Assembly (NCBI GenBank): GCA_964016885.1
Contig: OZ024754.1
Span: 25,978,001-26,042,000, forward strand
Direction of reading: 5' to 3'
DNA: 64,000 bases
From: Eledone cirrhosa
Lineage: Eukaryota
This document shows positions 27,001-36,444 of the stretch, piece after piece. The notes below the pieces were generated by a model that did no database searches, had not been told where the DNA came from, and saw nothing but the letters and a program-made list of their open reading frames with translations. How positions within the stretch are numbered: the stretch's first letter is position 1; each line of letters begins with the position of its first letter. Both the position numbers and the translations under genes were made by a program.

Positions 27001-28891
27001 CTGAGAGTTTCTTCTCAGACAACCTTCTGCTGTCCAGCTCTCCTGAGAGTTTCTTCTCAGACAACCTTCTGCTTTCCACCTCACTTGAGAGTTTCTTCTC
27101 AGACAACTTGCTGCTGTCCACCACTCCTGAGAGTTTCTTCTCAGACGACCGTCTGTGGTCCAGCTCTCCCTGAGAGTTTCTTCTCAGACAACCTTCTGCT
27201 GTCCAGCTCTCCTGAGAGTTTCTTCTCAGACAACCTGCTTCTGTCCATCTCTCCCGGATAGTTTCTTCTCAGACAACCTGCTGCTGTCCACCTCTCCTGA
27301 GAATATCTTCTCAGACAACCTTCTGCTGTCCACCTCTCCCTGAGAGTTTCTTCTCAGACAACCTGTGGCTGTCCAACTCTCCCCAGAGTTTCTTCTCTGA
27401 GGACCTTCTGCTGTCCAGCTCTCCCTGAGAGTTTCTTCTCCGACGACCTTCTGCTCTCCAGCTCTCCCTGTGAGTTTCTTCTCAGACGACCTTCTTCTGT
27501 CCAGCTCTCCCTGAGAGTTTCTTCTCAGACGACCTTCTGCTGTCCAGCTCTCCCTGAGAGTTTCTTCTCTGAGGACCTTCTGCTGTCCAGCTCTCCCTGA
27601 GAGTTTCTTCTCCGACGACCTTCTGCTGTCCAGCTCTCCCTGTGAGTTTCTTCTCAGACGACCTTCTGCTGTCCAGCTCTCCCTGAGAGTTTCTTCTCAG
27701 ACAACCTGCTGCTGTCCACCTCTCCTGAGAGTTTCTTTTCTGACAACCTTCTGCTGTCCAGCTCTCCTGAGAGTTTCTTTTCAGACAACCTTCTGCTGTC
27801 CAGCTCTCCTGAGAGTTTCTTCTCAGACAAACTTCTGCTGTCCACCTCTCCTGAGAGTTTCTTCTCAGACAACCTGCTACTGTCCACCTCTCCTGAGAGT
27901 TTCTTCTCAGACAACCTTCTCCTGTCCAGCTCTCCCTGAGAGTTTCTTCTCAGACAACCTTCTGCTGTCCACCTCTCCTGAGAGTTTCTTCTCAGACAAC
28001 CTGCTGCTGTCCACCTCTCCTGAGAGTTTCTTCTCAGACAACCTGCTGCTGTCCAGCTCTCCCTGAGAGTTTCTTCTCAGACAACCTGCTGCTGTCCAAC
28101 TCTCCTGAGAGTTTCTTCTCAGACAGCCTTCTGCTGTCCACCTCTCCTGAGAGTTTCTTCTCAGATAACCATCTGCTGTCCTGAGAGTTTCTTCTCAGAC
28201 AACCTTCTGCTGTCCAGCTCTCCTGAGAGTTTCTTCGCAGACAACTTTCTGCTGTCCAGCTCTCCTGAGAGTTTCTTCTCAGACAACCTTCTGCTGTCCA
28301 CCTCTCCAGAGAGTTTCTTCTCAGACAACCTGCTGCTGTCCAACTCTCCTGAGAGTTTCTTCTCAGACAGCCTTCTGCTGTCCACCTCTCCTGAGAGTTT
28401 CTTCTCAGATAACCATCTGCTGTCCTGAGAGTTTCTTCTCAGACAACCTGCTGCTGTCCACCTCTCCTGAGAGTTTCTTCTCAGACAACTTTCTGCTGTC
28501 CAGCTCTCCTGAGAGTTTCTTCTCAGACAACCTTCTGCTGTCCACCTCTCCAGAGAGTTTCTTCTCAGACAACCTGCTGCTGTCCAGCTCTCCTGAGAGT
28601 TTCTCCTCAGACAACTTGCTCTCCACCTCTCCTGAGAGTTTCTTCTCAGACAACCTTCTGCTGTCCAGCTCTCCCTGAGAGTTTCTTCTCAGACGACCTT
28701 CTGCTGTCCAGCTCTCCCTGAGAGTTTCTTCTCAGACAACTTTCTGCTGTCCAGCTCTCCTGAGAATTTCTTCTCAGACAACCTTCTGCTGTCCACCTCT
28801 ACTGAGAGTTTTTTCTCAGACAACCTGTGGTTGTCCAACTCTCCTCAGAGTTTCTTCTCAGACAACCTTCTGCTGTCCACCTCTCCTGAGA
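1..28891. repeat. Tandem satellite array of 42/43-bp units (roughly 680 units; rare 34- and 39-bp deletion units), running off the left edge
   Basis: Continuous head-to-tail copies of CTGAGAGTTTCTTCTCAGAC(A/G)ACCT(T/G)CTGCTGTCCA(G/C)CTCTC(C). No unique insertion seen. Ends abruptly at ...ctctcctgaga|attgttacc. Unit count is estimated as length/~42.4. Confidence 0.99.
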
Positions 28892-28914
28892 ATTGTTACC
28901 GTTATATGTCGTAT

Positions 28915-29125
28915 AATAATGATTTCTACTATAGGCACAGGCCAGCAATAGTGGGGAAGTAGGGAAAGTCGATAAATCGAACCCAGTGCATTACTGGTGC
29001 TTTATTTGATCGACCCCGTGAGGATGAAAGGCAAAGGTAAACTCGGTGGGATTTGAACTCAGAACCTAAAGGGCCATTACTCTATTCTACAAAGCATGAT
29101 GTCTAACGTTCTACCGATACTGCCA
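28915..29125 (-). mobile_element. tRNA-derived SINE with a Meta-SINE-like core
   Basis: Minus strand has B-box-like GAGTTCAAATCCC, then TTTGCCTTTCATCCT..GGGGTCGAT..AAATAAAG.ACCAG and a GCTGGCCTGTGCC tail. Same family recurs at 30128, 34521, 40590 and 40800. Confidence 0.8.
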
Positions 29126-29172
29126 AAGTATGGTGGATTATGTTCAATATATATATATATATATATATGATC

Positions 29173-30127
29173 AGTGAGAGCAATGAAATGATCAGTGAGA
29201 GCAATGTTGAGTTCCGTGGGATTGATACCAGTGAGCTGGTAAACTTACCTATAGTAATAATTACCTCGACACATATGACCTTAGCAACCTGTGCCCTACA
29301 AGACCAGCAAGAGTCAGACCACCTACCATTACCTCAATGGCCAAGAAAACCCACACAGATAGATGGAACGGGTGGACCAGAGCCATACGGACACCCGAAA
29401 ACCACGATGAACTGAAGAAAATGATTGCACATGCGGTAGGGGCCAGCATAAAACTAACCCTTAAGGAACATATGTTCAAATTTAATGGAAAAACATATGC
29501 CCAAGAGGAAGGAGCAGCCATTGGTGTTAGCATTGCAGGCGACATAGCTAACTTATTCATGGTATGGTGGGACAGTAGACTTAAACTTAAACTTAAAGAA
29601 CAATTAGAAGACCCCTTAACCCTGATAATGTACTCCCGCTACGTTGATGATATAAACACCGTAGTTAAGACACCCCCACTAGAGAACAGTCAGGAACTAG
29701 AGAAAAACACAATGGAAAGCATCCAGCAAATAGCAAACTCCATCCACCAGAGCATTAGAATTACTATAGACTACCCAAGTAAACACCCCAACCATCGATT
29801 ACCTGTACTAGACACAGAGCTCTGGTTAGATACCATTAACATAATAGTAACACTGATGATGTCACAGATGTGTGACGAAAGACCTTTGATAGATTATATT
29901 TATATATATATTTATATCTGTATTTTTAACCGTTGGGCAATCAATGATAAACATTGATTGCCAGATAAATTAACTATGGAGATATAAAAGATACAGAAGC
30001 GAAAACCAACCCAAACCAAACAATGAATGTGTTTTATTATTATTTCTGGTTTTTTATATGAAATCGTGTGTTGTAACAAATATTGTTATATTTGGGGAGG
30101 GTCATATTGTTATAATATTGGCAGAAA
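29173..30127 (+). mobile_element. Penelope-like element fragment (family A): RT core followed by pLTR
   Basis: ORF 29337-29957 has FKFNGKTYAQEEGAAIGVSIAGDIANLFM, YSRYVDDI and LPVLDTELW. 29840-30125 matches the pLTR at 61108-61470 and 62258-62560. Confidence 0.85.
29846..29893 (+). ncRNA. Minimal type I hammerhead ribozyme (PLE family A)
   Basis: taaca CTGATGA t GTCACA-gatg-TGTGAC GAAA gacc TT tgatag. Stem II covaries with the GTTGCA/TGCAAC version in the 61.4 kb copy. Confidence 0.7.
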
Positions 30128-30250
30128 TAATAATTGTTTCTACTTTTGGCACAAGGCCAGCAATTATCCAGTGCATTACTGGTACTTTATTTTATCGACC
30201 CCGTAAGGATGAAAGGCAAAGTTAACCTCGGCGGGATTTGAACTCAGAAC
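30128..30250 (-). mobile_element. tRNA-derived SINE, 5'-truncated
   Basis: Near-identical to 34521-34641 and 40800-40921. Confidence 0.85.
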
Positions 30251-30305
30251 TGTTTGGTTTGGGTGGTTTTCGCTTATACACACACACACACACACATATA
30301 TATAT

Positions 30306-33300
30306 TAGGTTGCTTCACTGTGAATACATCCCCAGGGAAAGATGCTTGTGAAGTGTTCTATTTTAGAGTACTTTACTGGGATCTACCCTTCAGTGATTTT
30401 TATTTATTTATTTAGTTATGTAATAAACAACATAAGAAAAAGTGTGCAACCCTTCTCCTCAGGAGCACAGAGAAGGGTTGCACACTTTTTTCTTATGTTG
30501 TTTATTACATAACTAAATAAATAAATAAGGGGTGCTCCCTTGGTCTTTCATCTTCCTCACCTATAGTCTGATGTAGAGTGAAGGCCCATTCACACGGGCC
30601 ATTCTCGCCACTTTCACCCATCTTCCATAGAAACGGCTGGGGTGCAGCACCTCTCTCTCCATCCTGATCCTTCTTCCGAAATGATATCGGAAGAAACGGA
30701 TCAGTTGTTGGCCAGAGAGAAAGGTGTCTGACCTCAGTCCTTTCAGACGCGTCCACCATACAACCTCTTTCGCCATGGCTATTACGCACAGAAACACCGC
30801 CTCTCCTTCGTTTTTGAAGAGGGGAGACGGCTTGATCGTTACAATAGACTCGGTGGTCAACCGGATCGGTCCCACCCTTGACAGCAGTTGTTCGACATAG
30901 CCCCACAGATCGGCAATGCCCGAGCAGTGTACCAATGCGTGTGCAACGGTTTCCTCGTCGCACACGCATCTGGGACAGATCTTTTTTGATGGGTCCCTAC
31001 CCGGGCGCCCGTGTCTGTAGAGCCTTTCTCGAACGGGCAGAGCCCTTCTGTAGCATTGCCAGGCGAGGGACCTCTGGAAGTTATCCATGGGTCCCGGGCT
31101 GAATGTCCTACCGAACAGGTTGGCCAGTTCGTCTTCCTCCATGCCTAGGGCTTCTCCGAGGGCGTCGTCGCACCTGCTAACCACCAGCCCTCTATAGAAT
31201 GACGAGGTGGATTCTCCACTGACAGCCGGGTCCGCCTGCCAGAGAGCCGTGAGCGCCTGGGCACACTCGGTGTGCCAGGCGCCCAGTTTTCTCGGTCTTT
31301 GCTTGACCCAGGATTGCAGCTCGGTGAGTGAGACGAGTCTGGGAAAGGCTCGCCTCACAAACGGGGCCCACACCGGTTGACCGGAGAGGAATACCTGAAG
31401 GTGCCGTAGCCTTAATGCGTGTTTACGTATCATTAGCCACGGCATCCCCAGCCCTCCTTTCGAAGGGTGTTGACAGCAGATGGATCTCCTCACCATAGGA
31501 GCCCGCTTCTTCCAAAGGAATTGGAAGAGTGCGCGCTCCATTTTGGCGAGCGTTTCCCTTGGGCAAGGCATAACGGTCAGGCGGTAGTAGATGACGGACG
31601 CTATATAAGTGTTCGCCACCTTCGCCCGACCTTTCAGGGACAGTTTGCACTCGGCTCACTTCTGGGTCAGTGAAAACACCCTGTTCGTCACCTCACCCCA
31701 GTTCTTCTCCACCTGGAGGTCTGGTCCGAACCAGACCCCGAGCAACTTCACCGGGCCCTCCGTCCAGCGCCCGACGACGCCATCGGAGGGCATCGATCTA
31801 CCCCTCCACGTGCCGAGTTGCAGACCGATCGACTTGTCCCGGTTCAGCTTAGCCCCTGTAAACCTTTCGTACTCCTCCAGTAAGGTGCCGATCGCCCCGA
31901 TTTCCGAGGCCGTCGACACCATTACTGTTACGTCATCGGCGTAGGCTGACACCGCTTTCCGCAATCCCGGTTCCAACGGGATGCCCTGCAACAACTCCAA
32001 CTTCCGCAGCAGTGGCTCTAGAGTCATTACATACAGAAGGGAGGAGAGAGGGCACCCCTGTCGGATGGACCGCGCGATTTCGAACGGCTCCGAGAGGTAG
32101 CCGTTCACCTTGACCCTAGAGCAGATGCGGCTGCTGTGCATGACATTGATCCAGCCCCTGAAAACGGGTCCGAAGCCTGCCGTCGCTAGCACCGCATCCA
32201 GGTAACCATGGTCGACCCTATCGAATGCCTTAGATTGATCCAAGTTGATCAGGGCCCCACCAAAGCCGGGTTCGTTCCCAACCCTCTCTATGATGTATCG
32301 CATGAGGTGGAGGTTATCGTGGATGGACCTGGATGGGATAGCACATGTCTGCGCATCTCCCACCAGGTTGCCCACGACAAGCGCCAACCTCTTTGCTAGC
32401 ACCTTGGCCAAAATCTGTAACTCTGTATTTAGCAGAGTTATGGGCCTGAAATTATTTATATCGTCCCCCTTGTTCTCGTCCTTCCTCACTAGCGTGACTA
32501 CGCCCTTGGTCACAGCACAGGGAATTCTCCCGTTCTGTTGCCAGTTGCAGTAGACCGCCTCGAGGAGATCGGGGAACAAGTCCGGCATAGCTAGATATAG
32601 TTCGTATGGAAGACCATCGAGACCCGGGGATTTGCGTTTGCCGCATTGGCTCAGCACATCCTCTATCTCAGCGGCTGAAATCGGCTCCTCGCAGGACTTC
32701 GCCTCCCTGTCCGAGAGACGCGGCAGGCCGTCGAGGTATGGACCGAAGTCCACGTCCCCAACCGGCCCCCCGCCCCCTCCGAACAATCCGGCAAAGTGCT
32801 TTTGAAAAGCCTCGCACATCTGCTTAGGTTCAAGGATCACCCGTCCATCCTGGTCTCGCAAAGACCGGATAGTGGATCTGCTCCCTCTTTTGGCTTCTGT
32901 CACGCGGGCCCAGCTAACAGCTTTGGACCCCTCGTTTCCCAGAGCACGTATTTTGCTTCGGACGATGCAGCCTTCGTGTTTCGCGTCGAAGAACTGGCCC
33001 AGGGCCGTTCTCGACGCTAGCACTCTGGCCACGTCGCCGCTTCTAATTGCCTCTTCTACACTATCTACCAACTCCCTTTCCTTCCTATTTCTATTGGAGG
33101 CTAACTCCTTACTAAATTCTATAGAGACTACTCTAATCTCTCTTTTGAGAGATCCCCACCACCTGCTGTTGACGATGGCGCCCGTCAACCGCTCCCTAAC
33201 TAAGGTGCTAATCCGGTCCCTGTAAGCCTTACTTGCCGGTAAGGACAAGTTGAGCTTCCAGTAACCGGGTCCCTGTCTATGAGTTCTGTCAAGGTTGATC

Positions 33301-33567
33301 ATGCAGGTCACTAACTTGTGGTCTGAATAGCCAACCATGCGCAGTTTTGGACAACTTAAAAAGTCCTTATCCTTAATTCTAACTAAGAACCTATCTAGGT
33401 ACGACCTAGATGATCCGCTACGATTTGCCCAAGTCCAGGTTGGCGCAGTCGGAAAATCTAGTCGATATCTATCGGCCAGGTCAAATCGACCGATTAACCC
33501 TTTGAGGCTATTACACCCCTCTCTATCGGGACAGGCCCCTACGTAGTCCCAGCGTGCATCTAGACGG
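30306..33567 (-). mobile_element. Tx1/L1-clade non-LTR retrotransposon, 5'-truncated, GC-rich, ORF2 nearly intact
   Basis: C-terminal part of APE (SYLDRFLV, SDHK, GPGYWKLN), RT (KSPGLDGLP, FRPITLLN, LDQSKAFDRVDH, RQGCPLS, AYADDVTV) and C-terminal CCHC (CPRCVCDEETVAHALVHC). ORFs 31656-33725 and 30561-31619 are in one frame split by a single TGA. The N-terminus of the listed ORF is microsatellite read-through. Confidence 0.93.
30400..30528. repeat. Near-perfect inverted repeat with ~58-bp arms and 12-nt spacer in the LINE 3'UTR
   Basis: 30400-30457 is the reverse complement of 30470-30528 apart from a 1-nt indel in an A/T run. Confidence 0.95.
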
Positions 33568-33579
33568 ATAGATAGATAA

Positions 33580-33638
<59 letters not shown>
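33567..33638. repeat. (GATA)n microsatellite
   Basis: Direct reading; abuts the LINE 5' truncation point. Confidence 0.97.
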
Positions 33639-33640
<2 letters not shown>

Positions 33641-33945
33641 GGATAGCTAGCTGCAACATGACCACAGCCAATCCTATCAATACTGAGAGAGAGAGAGAGG
33701 GAGGGGGTAAGGCGGAAAACACCAAATTACCATATTTCCCCTAACAAATCTAGCACAGTGGTTTCTGAGGACACCTGCGTTTTATTATAAAGATAATATA
33801 TCTTAATTGGGACAAAGTAATGAACACATAAGAAGAATGGATTATTATATGACGTGACAATAGATCTGAATAGATTTATTTCGTCTAATATACACATAGA
33901 CAGCGTAATCTTGGCTGACGGAGAAAGGGAGTCAGGTTCGATTTG

Positions 33946-33960
33946 GTTGTCAATAGCAAC
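33946..33960 (+). promoter_or_regulatory. Candidate RFX X-box in the putative vasohibin promoter
   Basis: GTTGTC-AAT-AGCAAC fits the GTYNYY-N(0-3)-RGYAAC pattern. Nearby are CCAAT (~33669) and CRE-like TGACGTGA (33850, 34321) in otherwise unique sequence upstream of the gene. Confidence 0.45.
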
Positions 33961-33983
33961 ACAATGTTTTTTGTGTATTCCTA

Positions 33984-33988
33984 TGTGC

Positions 33989-34022
<34 letters not shown>

Positions 34023-34146
34023 GTTTGTGTGTGTGTGTGTGCTTGAATATGTGTGCGTGTGTGTGCTTTGCTTGAATATCTGTGCGTGTGGATACTTGTA
34101 TGTGTGTGTGCGCATGAGAGTTTATGTGTATGTAAGTGTGTGTGTG
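33984..34146. repeat. Imperfect (GT)n microsatellite
   Basis: Direct reading. Confidence 0.95.
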
Positions 34147-34451
34147 AGTCAGTCTTTTCCTTTCACTTTCTAATTTGTTTGTTCACTGTAAAGTCTGTTG
34201 AAAAAAATACATATTTTCATCATTCTCTCTTAATATCTATATTTTTTTCGCTTTTTATTTCTTTATTTATTTTGTCTCTTTCTTTTTCTGTGGTTTCTTT
34301 CTTTCTTTCTTTCTCTCATCTGACGTGACTTTGTTCCCGAGAGAAGTAAAAAAAAAAAACTCCCGAAGGAGGACTATTCCTAATGTTGGGATTTTATCAA
34401 CCTATTGTAAAACTGTATCCTTTTTTCTTGTTATATTATAGTTGATTATTT

Positions 34452-34830
34452 TACGTTCTGGTTTCGAATCTTGCCGAGGTTCGCTTTGACTTTCACTCGT
34501 CCTGGGGATCGAAAAAAAATATAATTGTTTCTACTTTTGGCACAAGGCCAGCAATTATCCCAGTGCATTACTGGTACTTTATTTTATCGACCCTGTAAGG
34601 ATGAAAGGCAAAGTTAACCTCGGCGGGATTTGAACTCAGAATGGCTAGGGCCGTAACTCTATGCGTCAAAGCATGGCGTCGGACCCTCTACCGATACTAC
34701 CAATCCACCGCCTTAGGTCGATAACAATAATAGTCCCAGTAAAGTACTGCAATCGATTCTGATACTCTATAAACTACGATCTCCCACCCTAATGCGTGGC
34801 TTTGTCACTTCAGTGTGTAGAATTCTGTAT
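34452..34830. mobile_element. Nested SINEs: an old + strand copy interrupted by a younger - strand copy (34521-34715)
   Basis: ACGTTCTGGTTTCGAATCTTGCCGAGG...GGGGATCGA on + strand, then a full minus-strand SINE, then the + copy resumes (GGTCGATAAC...CCCAGTAAAGTACTG...). Confidence 0.75.
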
Positions 34831-35029
34831 ATTTCTAAATATAACAGAGTAGCCATAGAAACACAAAGCTATTGTTAACATCACCAACATCTATTCTCGG
34901 TTCCCAAACATTGGGGGAAGGGGTTGGAATAAGCGGGAGCAGGGTTGGTATGAGCGGTGGGGGATGGCTTGGAAAATCGGTAATTTTTGTAGGTTGTCTT
35001 CTTCTTTTTCTTCTTCCTGGGAGAGTCGT

Positions 35030-35127
35030 TGGATGGTGGTGATGGTGGCGGTGGTGGCGATGAGTGTTGTTGTGGTGGTGTAGCTAATGATTATGGTGGT
35101 GGTGGTGGTGGTGGTGGTGGTGGTGAT
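35030..35127. repeat. (GGT)n low-complexity tract
   Basis: Direct reading. Confidence 0.9.
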
Positions 35128-35205
35128 AATGAATCCTTGTCTGCCAAACACAATTTCCTTGATTTGTATGCTGTAATCTAGCAGATAACTTCGACAGTTG
35201 GTTGA

Positions 35206-35418
35206 ATGTCGTGCCGCACGTCAGCCTTGACCATGAAACGAACTAAGACCTTAGACAAGTTAAAACAGAATGCTGGTTGTGTTTTTTGGGTAAATCGAAG
35301 TGGTTTACCGCTCAAAGAAGATACATGGGAAAGAATGTGGACATTTGCAGCCAAACAACTACCAGATGGAGAGAATATCATTGAGAATATTAGAGTTCCT
35401 TGTACTAATCTTCCAAAG
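35206..35418 (+). CDS. VASH: Vasohibin (tubulinyl-Tyr carboxypeptidase) coding exon 1
   Basis: FWVNRSGLPLKEDTWERMW...LPK matches vasohibin FFVNRGGLPVDEATWERMW...LPK. In-frame TGA directly before the ATG. Donor GTATTT, phase 0. Confidence 0.9.
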
Positions 35419-35604
35419 GTATTTCTTCTTTAATTCTTGTGTTCTTTTAGTCTTGTATTCTTTTATTTGTTTATATCTGTAGTACTTTCTACTCAAGTGG
35501 GAATATCAGTCTCCTTTCAATTAAGATATTCATCCATCCAATTAAGTCCATTTGTCTGTCTATCTAACAATTTATACATCTATTCATCTATACATCTATT
35601 TATA

Positions 35605-36420
35605 CATACATGATGGCTGCAAACTCTGCTAAGAGTATTGCAATCGCTTGTCAGATTCAGATGTGAGACACTCAGATATGGTTTTTCAAGCCTGCTAGAG
35701 ACTTGCACTCCTTCGCACATTGATGACAACTATGGATCTCCCTGGCCTCAGGTCTTGCATTAGGTTGCCTGTGAACCCTCATAATATTGTGCTGATCATA
35801 GTTCACTGGTTCTCTTTGAACATGGCTGCAACTGTGGCTCCTGAGACCAGGACACACCAATTCAATGGAGACACCGATCGTTTCGAGAGATACACCAGGC
35901 GATTGCTTACGCAGATCCCGTTTGATCTTCTCGTACTCTACGTGTCTGTCCTCAAAATTATGGACCCCATCATTCACCATTTCATGCCAAGTTTCTCTTT
36001 CAAGAGTTTCTATCTCCCAATTAGCCACCATCAAACCAGTTTTTTTTCAATGAGTCCTTTACACAATCCTTGAATCATAGCTTTGGCTTGTGAGGTGATC
36101 TCTCACCTTTACAAAGCTTATACAAAAGTTGTTTCGGGATTCGATCATCCTCCATTCTGCAGAAGTCCATTGCGAACGTCGTTGGTGGATGATACTCTCA
36201 ATGCTCCGACACTCACTTCTCTCAAGGACCTCAACATCACTCACATGCATCTACCACTTGATACCAAGCATCTTTCTGAGACACTGCTGGTGAAATCATC
36301 CCAGTCTTTGGATATGCCATTTGTAGGAAACCCATATCTCACACGCATACAGCAATGCTGACAGCACACATGCGGCATACACTCTCACCTTGGTTTTCAT
36401 TGTGATTCCTCGCCTGCACG
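35605..36420 (-). mobile_element. Degraded RTE-BovB-like LINE 3' end with C2H2 finger
   Basis: TKVRVYAACVLSALLYACE, RMEDDRIPKQLLY, FKDCVK, CHQCAKECKSLAGLKNH. Ends GAGTTTGCAGCCATC(ATGT)n. Confidence 0.8.
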
Positions 36421-36444
36421 AAAGACATCTATTTATACATACAT

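Larger units (their letters stand above)
34415..35181 (+). other. VASH: Probable U12-type intron in the vasohibin 5'UTR
   Basis: Donor GTATCCTTT at 34415. Branch TTTCCTTGAT at 35154-35163. First downstream AG at 35180-35181 (alternative 35184), 24 nt before the ATG, with no polypyrimidine tract. Confidence 0.65.

Noticed and set aside
605-28653. Dozens of ORFs with 14-aa repeats (ESFFSDNLLLSSSP, SEKKLSGELDSRRL, RVSSQTTFCCPALL)
   Set aside because: 42 is a multiple of 3 and four frames lack stops by chance. Frequent 43- and 34-bp units break every frame, and there is no unique start or splice context.
1-28891. CRISPR-like array (palindromic ~40-bp repeats)
   Set aside because: No unique spacers, no cas genes, and a eukaryotic context.
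1-28891. Satellite monomer as a hammerhead (minus strand GTTGT-CTGAGAA-GAAA-CTCTC-ag-GAGAG...GACAGC), as in newt or schistosome satellites
   Set aside because: Stem II is entirely absent, the core is not CTGANGA (C3-A8 mismatch), and there is no correctly placed NUH. At most a suggestive resemblance.
31656-31658. A-to-I editing could convert the LINE's UGA to a Trp codon
   Set aside because: The copy is 5'-truncated with no promoter or start. A random nonsense mutation is simpler.
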